From positions 13,721 to 77,720 of the forward strand of contig NW_021831843.1 of NCBI RefSeq assembly GCF_006345805.1: DNA of 64,000 nucleotides, in the 5' to 3' direction. Numbering within the stretch: the first letter of the stretch is position 1; each line of letters starts with the position of its first letter. This document shows positions 55,210-64,000 of this stretch, in pieces. The notes under the pieces are model-generated. The model did no database searches. It was not told where the DNA came from and saw only the letters and a program-made list of their open reading frames with translations. This DNA is from Octopus sinensis (lineage: Eukaryota). Made by a program: the position numbers and the translations under genes.

Positions 55210-56384
55210 AGCTGCATTATTCGATGTATCTTTCTTTAAAGCCGGTAGGGTATCATTTGGAGAAATTTTGCCTGCTATTTTTTAACAAAATCAACCCGAT
55301 AAAGATATTCATTTGTTGGCATCAAGGTCATTCCAGACGAGGAGTTTTCAACACAATTTTGTTATTGTTTTCTATCGTATTACACGCTCTTCGTCAATCC
55401 GGACTGCCTTGGGGATAAATAACAATATACTGATTTCCTGCAGTATAATATAAATAAAGAAAAATGTCTAGCATACTACACGATAGTATAAAATAACTGA
55501 CGCTGTGAACAACAATAACAAGGGAACGGAACGCCAATTCGGTCGACGGCTCTACTAGAAATAGCAGTCAGATGCTATCAGATCTACAGGCAAATAAAAA
55601 AAAAACAACACTTACATTATACAGTCTAGCGATCTATCTACTCATAAAACCAATATTCAACCCAAAGTTTTCTTCTACAACATAAAGGATAATATTGTGT
55701 AATACGGTGCTATTTTATGTAATATCTAAAAACAAATTGGCGAGATAATCTCAGTTGGAATCTTTATGCTCATAAAGCAGCTGGATAGGAACAGTTTCGA
55801 CCTGGGGTTAAACAACATGAACAACAAATGGATACTTTATAATCTGTGGCCCTATGTATAGTCTATGTTGGAATTCTGTTTAACTATACAGCAAAACTGC
55901 GTGACTCCAACAAACCGATTATAAAGTCTACGTGAGTTCGCTCCACCTGCGAGAAATAATAACCAATCCTTTCACGTTAAGCCTTACTAATTTAAAAGAG
56001 AGAGATGGGATTGTAAGACTGAAGTATGTAGTTCTAGATTCAACATGCTTGACATTTTTTTAAAACTACGTAGCCAGAAAAATAGAGAGAACTGTATGTG
56101 GTCCCTCAACATGCTAACGAAAAATGTCAAATCTTCAAATTGTACGTTAGTTTCTGGCAGAAGAGAAGACGACGTTGGATAACATATTTCTCGATACAGA
56201 GAAGGGAGAATTTGAAAAATGTGTATACGATAACACGACCGTTTTGGGAACAACGTTCATCATTGATCAGTTTAATCAATGTTAAGTCAAGGAAGACATG
56301 ATGATCATGGTTGGGATGTAGTTGATCAGTAGACCAGACTGACCAGGTTAACCTAAAGCTCAACTATAGCACCAACAACACCGG

Positions 56385-56615
56385 TTCATATCTATTCTTT
56401 TATATTTCTTTTGTATAAAACATTGGTCTGCAGCCATGTTGGGGGTAATGCCGTCCAGGTGTTGGTCGGACAATCGATATCAGTTGATATTTTTTTTCAA
56501 AGTCTAGTAGCTCATTCCATCGATTTTTGGCCAAACTGCTATGTTACAGGTACGTAAACAAACCAACACCGGTTGTCATGTGGTTGGGTGGTGTTTGCAA
56601 ACAAGCACACATACA
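56385..56615 (-). mobile_element. SINE family B, degenerate 3' half
   Basis: CTGCAGCCATGTTGGGG...CGTAAACAAACCAACACCGGTTGTCA...ACAAGCACACATAC. Confidence 0.7.
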
Positions 56616-57222
56616 TATATACATCTAAAAGATACCGAAAAGAAATTGTAAGTCAGTCTCGAACCATCGTCATCAGTCAGCGACCAACTTATACGTTAAC
56701 ATGGAATTAAAGTCACAGATCTACCACAACATATGACCAGAGGTAATCCAGCTGTGACCACCCAAGATTACTTAATAGTACATATGATACACCATGGAAC
56801 ATATCCCGTGTGTGCTGTCCAACTTCATACAAGACAACATATCTATGTGATTCAATGGAAACTTGGTTGCTATTTCTAAACATGGAACCATTCTTCGCTC
56901 TTGAAGCGAAACTTAATTTTAGTTTCTTTTATATATTTATCTATTCCTATTACCACTTTTCTCTTTTATTTTATTTTATTTTTTTTTTGCTAATTTACTT
57001 TTGTTTCGGTATTCTTTTGCGTTCTTTCCTTTCTCAACCTCTCTTTCACCCTCTCTGTGTCTCGTAGCCTCTCTAACAATATATTCAATCATATTGCTGG
57101 TTCCCGTATTTTCTATGATAAAAACAACAGTTTCGGTAGCTTCCATAATACAGTATATGCATGTTTATACATACACACACATACATACCTACACACATAA
57201 ACACACACACACACACACACAC

Positions 57223-57279
<57 letters not shown>

Positions 57280-57375
57280 GTATATATATATGCATAAATA
57301 CGTACATTTATATATATATTGATACGCAATTATATATATATGTATATACATATATATATACACAATGACATACAC

Positions 57376-57422
<47 letters not shown>

Positions 57423-57808
57423 GCTTGTATGTATTTATATATAAACATAAGGTAAAACAAAACATGAAACAATAAGGATAAAAATAGCAAGCCGTGACGT
57501 ACGTATTGATTAAGTCGGTGGCTTCTGAAGTCCATAGCCTATTTCAAGAGATTGCTGTAACTCCTACCACCACCACCACCACCACCATTACCTACCTACC
57601 CTCTACTCGATCTACTGCACACCGACCTACCCGTCCACCATCTTCTACACCATAAGTAGTTTTCTGAAGACATGGACTTCACTAATAACATTTCATTATC
57701 TACTTACACACTCGTGGAATTACTCACGGGGTTATGATCTTCTTGAAAGCAAGTTGTTGGCGCTATAGAGAAGATAGAAACGAAGACAGCAAAGAGAAAA
57801 GCATATAC

Positions 57809-57841
<33 letters not shown>

Positions 57842-57872
57842 ATATATACATATTATATATATACATATATAC

Positions 57873-57903
<31 letters not shown>

Positions 57904-58385
57904 TACATATATATATTATGTATATACATATTTATACTATATATGTACATATATATACATACATGCATACATAAATATATACATATATAGATATATATAA
58001 TGTTTATATGTTGATATGTATATATATATATATTTATATAATATATATATTAATATATTAATATGTAGTATGTATGTATGTATGTATTGTATTTATCTAT
58101 ATATATGGGAAAATACAATATAAGAATGGATGAATGATTGAATAAAAATAACAAGCAGTTGTGGATAATGATAGAATTTCTCTGAAATATTCCTGTAATC
58201 ATGATTAGCAGACAATTTTGGTAAATTCTAAGTGGCACTGCAGGCACGAAAACGACGATATTCTTTCTCTTAGCTTTTTCTTTGTTCAATAGAAAAGCCC
58301 TGAGCTTGTGTGATAGATACATATATCTATATGCATAAACTCGTGCATACACACGTACACACACACGGATGCACACACATAGAAG

Positions 58386-58423
<38 letters not shown>

Positions 58424-58511
58424 AACAAATAGACATCCAAGCATATATAAATGTATATATATAATACACGCAAACACACACACACATATACACACACATA
58501 TACATACATAA

Positions 58512-58548
<37 letters not shown>

Positions 58549-58674
58549 CATATATACATACACATAAACCTCTCCATTTACATACGTATAACTTCATAAT
58601 ACAAGCACATAGCACTATCTACATGATACATATATATATATATATATACATACAAATAAATATACATTTATGTT

Positions 58675-58719
<45 letters not shown>

Positions 58720-58902
58720 GTGTGTGTGTGTGTGTGCGTGTGTACGGAGAATAAGAAAGCAAGCGAAATCTAAAGGAAAGAGAGAGAGAAAAGTCATTTA
58801 GCTCTTCGACTGACAAATATGTTAGTATTGTGATCAAAATGGCGAGCAGCTAACAATTTCTTATATAACAAATGTTTCATCGCCTGTTAATGTAGTTCTA
58901 GG

Positions 58903-58946
<44 letters not shown>

Positions 58947-60682
58947 TATATATATGCTAGATTGGATAATTTCATAACGGCTGTTGTTTCAATAACTTAG
59001 CTTCTATTCATAAAACCAGCATTACCCAGCCACTTTCCCACGGCTTTCACTAGCTATAGTATATTGTTTCAAAACTCTAATGTTAACACTTGCCTTTGTA
59101 GAAGATGAATAGAAAAACAAAACAAAAAAAAAAAAAAAGAAAAGAAAAATTTTGGAAGCTATGATCAAATCAGATTTTACGAACCACCGTGAATTTTCTT
59201 GGGAATTTCGATATAAAATTGTTCGGTATTGTTACCATTACATTCTTTACTGCGAAAGTTCATTAATGGAAAATAACCACTGATTTCGTTATGGTTTTCT
59301 ACCTTAAACTAGTAGTTATGATTTTCTTCTGAAATATATATCTATTTTTACTAATTCTACACACGGCAGATGCTTATGTAAATGCCGTATATAATTAAAT
59401 CTATTACAGATGGGATCGAATAAAACTTGTCCGAAACTTATTGCGGGTGCCGGCTGGCATTGATAAGCAAAATTGCCACGAAGCCAAAATTGCATTACGG
59501 TTTCAATCCACAATTTAAGCCAATTGGAAACACTTATATATTTATATTTTATTGTATATCAAAATTAATGATCAATGCATTCCTTACTTTAGAGGTCTCC
59601 AATGGACAAATCACTATTTGATGACAAGAATAAGACGAAAGAGACTTAAACTAGATGCAGCGCACATATCTCAAGTTATCACAAGTTACATCGGTCTTAA
59701 AGTACTGGTTATGCGATTTCCTCCGCGATATGCATCAATGAAAAATATGCAGTCACACATACATAAAAACGCTTGCTCGCATTTACGTAAATATCTCCAT
59801 GTATCTCTCTTACTCACCTCTTTCTCCAAACCCACTCTTTCTGTCTATTTATCAATAATTATATGTATATACATATATATCTACGTATCTCTTTGTATAT
59901 ATGCTGTGTGAGTTTATATGCATACGCAGTTGCGCCTGCATTTATATGTACACACACACACACACACAACCACTCACACATAAATATATATACACGCACA
60001 TACACACACATATATAGGCCCAGTTCAAGACAGGTTTTGGCAGGTTTAGCAAACTCAGTTCATAGACGAAAAATTCCTTTGTTACTGGAACTGTCCAAAA
60101 GAACACTCAAAATTATACTGTACAACACAAGATGGTAATTAATCAATAATTTTTTTATCGTTTAGGCACAAGGTCAGGAATTTGGAGAATAGGGGGAATG
60201 GCCACGGTTGGTATGACATATATCATAAGTTTCCTTGAACAGACATTGACTAGGAGCAAGAAAATAGTAACAGCAACAACAAAAATAAAATAAAATTCTG
60301 AAGGGGAAATTATTCTTTTGTATCTATACGAAGCATAATGGTTACGGTTTATAATACCTTAATAATATTTTAAGTTGACCTGGGTGGTACGGTGGGCCCT
60401 TCAGCAAGGTACTTCACATCAGTCTCCCGTCTTACTCTGTTGAAAATGAATACCAGTCGAGTAATGTTGCAACCTTTTGTCTCCCTTCCAGTTTTCATCA
60501 GTGAAAGGTAGGACAGATGAGATGACAAGGTATCTATGTCGGTTAGTAAGTAAAAACCGAAACCAACTAGCGAGGATCATGGTGTAAGTTACTATGTACT
60601 CTTAGTTTGCAAGTGACGGTTGGGTGTATGTACATATACATATATACATTGATCCACACAAAGATACAAATACATATATTGA

Positions 60683-60725
<43 letters not shown>

Positions 60726-61945
60726 TAATATTTGTTTTGGATTCTTTTGCCTCAATTTATAAAGGAAATAATTTAACATTAAAGCGAAGGATTACTTGAT
60801 ACATATGTTTTAACTTTTACAAGGAACAGATTGACGATGATTTCGTGGCTTCAGCTTACTCGCCATAGAAGCAACACTTTCCTCTCTACTGAAGTGTAAG
60901 GATATCTAATAGCAATACCAATATTCACTTCGCAGTTAGCGTCTCCTATACAAACACGTCGAAGTGGTAATGCATAGGCTGCTAGCTAACAAATAGACAG
61001 TGTCGTGATATATCTATCAGCCAATTGATTTAGTACATAAATATTACTTTTAGTTATAATCCTGGGACAATTGAAGATTTTAGTAGCAGCCAGACCCAAT
61101 CATGACCACCTATTGATGATATGATAATCAGTTGTAGCCTGGTCATTGGTGATTTAACACTTGCTATTAACAAGATTTATATCTTATTCATCTTGGATTG
61201 ATGAAAAGCATGCTTAGCACCCAAGGGATTTGAACTTAGATTGTTGAAGATTGTAACTAAATACTGAATTTTATTTTTTTCACAACACTTTCACAGTTTT
61301 GCAGTTTCCTGGCCGTATGAACTAACCCTGGCCCGATTGGAGCCCAGAACGTAAAATTTCGTTACAAAATATCGAAATGTATCTTTCTCAGTGCCAACCA
61401 GAGTAAATATTCTGCAGATTCCTTTGCTAAGTAAGTTTTCCTCGTCACGAATCGAACTCGGATCTTATAAAGAGAAACTGCATAACGCAGGTTCTTTAAT
61501 TTACCATCAAACATATACTGCCAACAATATATCACAGTTGAATTTACAAATAATAAGGATTTATGGTACAAAGCAACTGTTTTGTGGTAGGATAGAAGAA
61601 CCGACATGGTCGTATCGTCTCCAATACATGACATAACTATTATTTTAGTTTATCGACCCAAAAATGATAATAAAATGTGAAGTTGACGTCGAAGGGGATT
61701 TCAAATGAGAATATTGAATTACATAATTTAACACCGCAAAGGCATTTGGTTCCCCGTCGTTTTATCAAGTTTAACACTCTTTTTTTTTTTGTCCTCAAGT
61801 AAAGAAAAAAAATTCAAACGATTTTCTGACAATTCCCAATTTTTAAGTGGATTATAAGAAACAAAAGTGTAATTATCGTTTCTTGTTTTTTTTCTTTTCA
61901 TTCAAACACCATTATCATTATTATCATTATTATTATTATTATTAT

Positions 61946-61982
<37 letters not shown>

Positions 61983-63302
61983 TGCTTTTTGTCGAAGCTG
62001 CTATTATTTTTTTTTTAGGATTCAAAATTTCACGAAGAACTAAATAATTGCACTTAAATGACATGCAATCAATCTCGAGACATGGGGTACCAAATCGATA
62101 AGATTTCTATTGATCTCATACACAGGCATCGGGTCAATTTCCTCATTTACAATATTATATGTTAATTAGTTAAAAGTGAAAGTGCTTTTCGTTACTTGAT
62201 TTTTGACGATTTTTGTTTTTATTTTTGCATTCTCTTTTGCTGTTTTTTCTTATTTGTTTTCCCCCCTACCTCTGGTAATTATATATCTTTGTTGATGTTT
62301 CTCTGTTTATTTGCGTTCTTTTCTTGACATTAGCTTCAAGCAATTAACCTCGCATTGATATGACATTAATCTTATGACCAGTAACTCTGATAATTCGAAG
62401 TAATTTTCTTTTGCTTTCTGCAGTTGACATGACAAGAGCATCTTTTGCATGATACATATCTAATATATATAGGATTTGTACACGTTAGAATTTATTTCTT
62501 ATATCTTAGGAATTATACTAAGACAATCAAAGCATATAATTTAACTCTCTTTACAGGACTTTCGTCCAAATCCCACCCAATTTCTCTTCCCCCTTTTATC
62601 CTTACTTCTAAAAACTGTAAAATAATCACTGGGGTTGATGTACTTGATTAAACATTAGTAATAGTACTTCAGGAAGGTTATAGGTAAAATAACTGAATTT
62701 AATGAAAGAGGATAGAGATGCAATGAGCATTAGCTGACCGGACTACTTCTCAGTATATGAAAGCTAACCGAGGAATATTAAAGCCAAAGTTCAGACAATA
62801 AGAAAAGATCCAGCTAACGATGGAGCCTCTATGTGGTCAATCAGCGTGCTAAAATAGCAGCTTAATCTCCCTTAAAATCACATCATAGCGTCTTACAAGA
62901 CAGAGTTATTGCTGGAATGCTTTTCATTAAGGGTTTGGTAAATCAGGATTGGTGTAGGACGAAAGATGACCAACAACAACAGCGGCAAAGATGAGCTAGA
63001 ACTTCATAAATTAGACATTCAAGTCACCAGAGTAACCAAATTTACCGACTTACAAACAATCCTGCAAGCAGTTTTTCAAAATAAGGTCCTAATATTTCAG
63101 GACCAAACCACACAGTTTTCATTGTAATTACGTATCATATAATGTAATTATATATTATATAATGGAATATCACATTGAGCTATATATATAGACGTTATAT
63201 TTCACAATATCTGTGATTTTGTGTACAAAATTTGAGGCAAAAAGTAGAAACGGATCCACAGTTAATATTAAAAACAATATACAGGAAAAATATTCAAAAT
63301 AG

Positions 63303-63310
63303 TTATGATG

Positions 63311-63377
<67 letters not shown>

Positions 63378-63420
63378 TAATAACAACAGCAAAAACAACT
63401 ACCACTAACGCGAACACCAT
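63303..63420. repeat. (ATA)n microsatellite with ACA/ACT tail
   Basis: Direct reading. Confidence 0.93.
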
Positions 63421-63496
63421 GGTTAACTTACCTCTGTATGTATCTGTCATCATATATGTGTATGTGTATATGCGTAGATATGTGTGTATACATATG

Positions 63497-63542
<46 letters not shown>

Positions 63543-64000
63543 TGTGTGTGTATACACAAACATACAGACATATGTACATACATGTATATATGCGTGCGTG
63601 TACCGTTCTATTATCGTATATACTAGTCAAATGATAGTAATTATTTTTATATATGAATGAGCACGTATGTGCTTATGGTTATGCATGTGTCGTCCATACA
63701 CACACACACATATATACAAGCATACATACACACTTATATGTATTATATATATATATATGTGTGTGTGTGTGTATGTATGTATCTATCTATATTTATTAAT
63801 ATATATGTGTGCTCACACGCACTCATATATATGTTAGCCCATACCTGAGTAATTATGAATAAATATATATACATCTATTTATACACGCAATGTTTGTAAG
63901 ATCACATCACCCTTATAAGACCTACATTAATATATTTTAGATATTAGGACACCAATTCTATTCTATTCCCACTGCCTTCCACATAACTCAGTCTTTGTCT

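Overview
AT-rich eukaryotic genomic DNA with very dense microsatellites. It is most likely an octopod cephalopod (Octopus-like), judged from my recall of the tRNA-derived SINE families and from the density of (TA)n/(CA)n/(GATA)n/(TAA)n tracts; this is inference, not a database match. I recognise no protein-coding gene. Almost the entire ORF track is translated simple-sequence repeat or SINE, so the window is probably intergenic or deep intronic. Supported content: (1) about 18 SINE copies or fragments from at least three families, one with a clean 17-bp TSD; (2) a TAA-tailed LINE 3' end embedded in a TAA array; (3) a 110-bp Tc2/pogo-like MITE; (4) a short bipartite RTE/BovB-like element (5'UTR plus ORF2 end); (5) three copies of a ~190-bp element carrying a degenerate minimal hammerhead-ribozyme motif with covarying helices; (6) a near-identical ~580-bp tandem duplication; (7) a diverged 429-bp tandem duplication in which each unit begins with AG|12 nt|GT(A/G)AGT, a candidate duplicated microexon; (8) a 195-bp foldback; (9) a ~64-bp inverted copy that replaces part of a SINE ~410 bp away from its template. 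A few + strand splice-site and exon candidates exist but cannot be confirmed from sequence alone. Boundaries of degenerate SINE copies are approximate.
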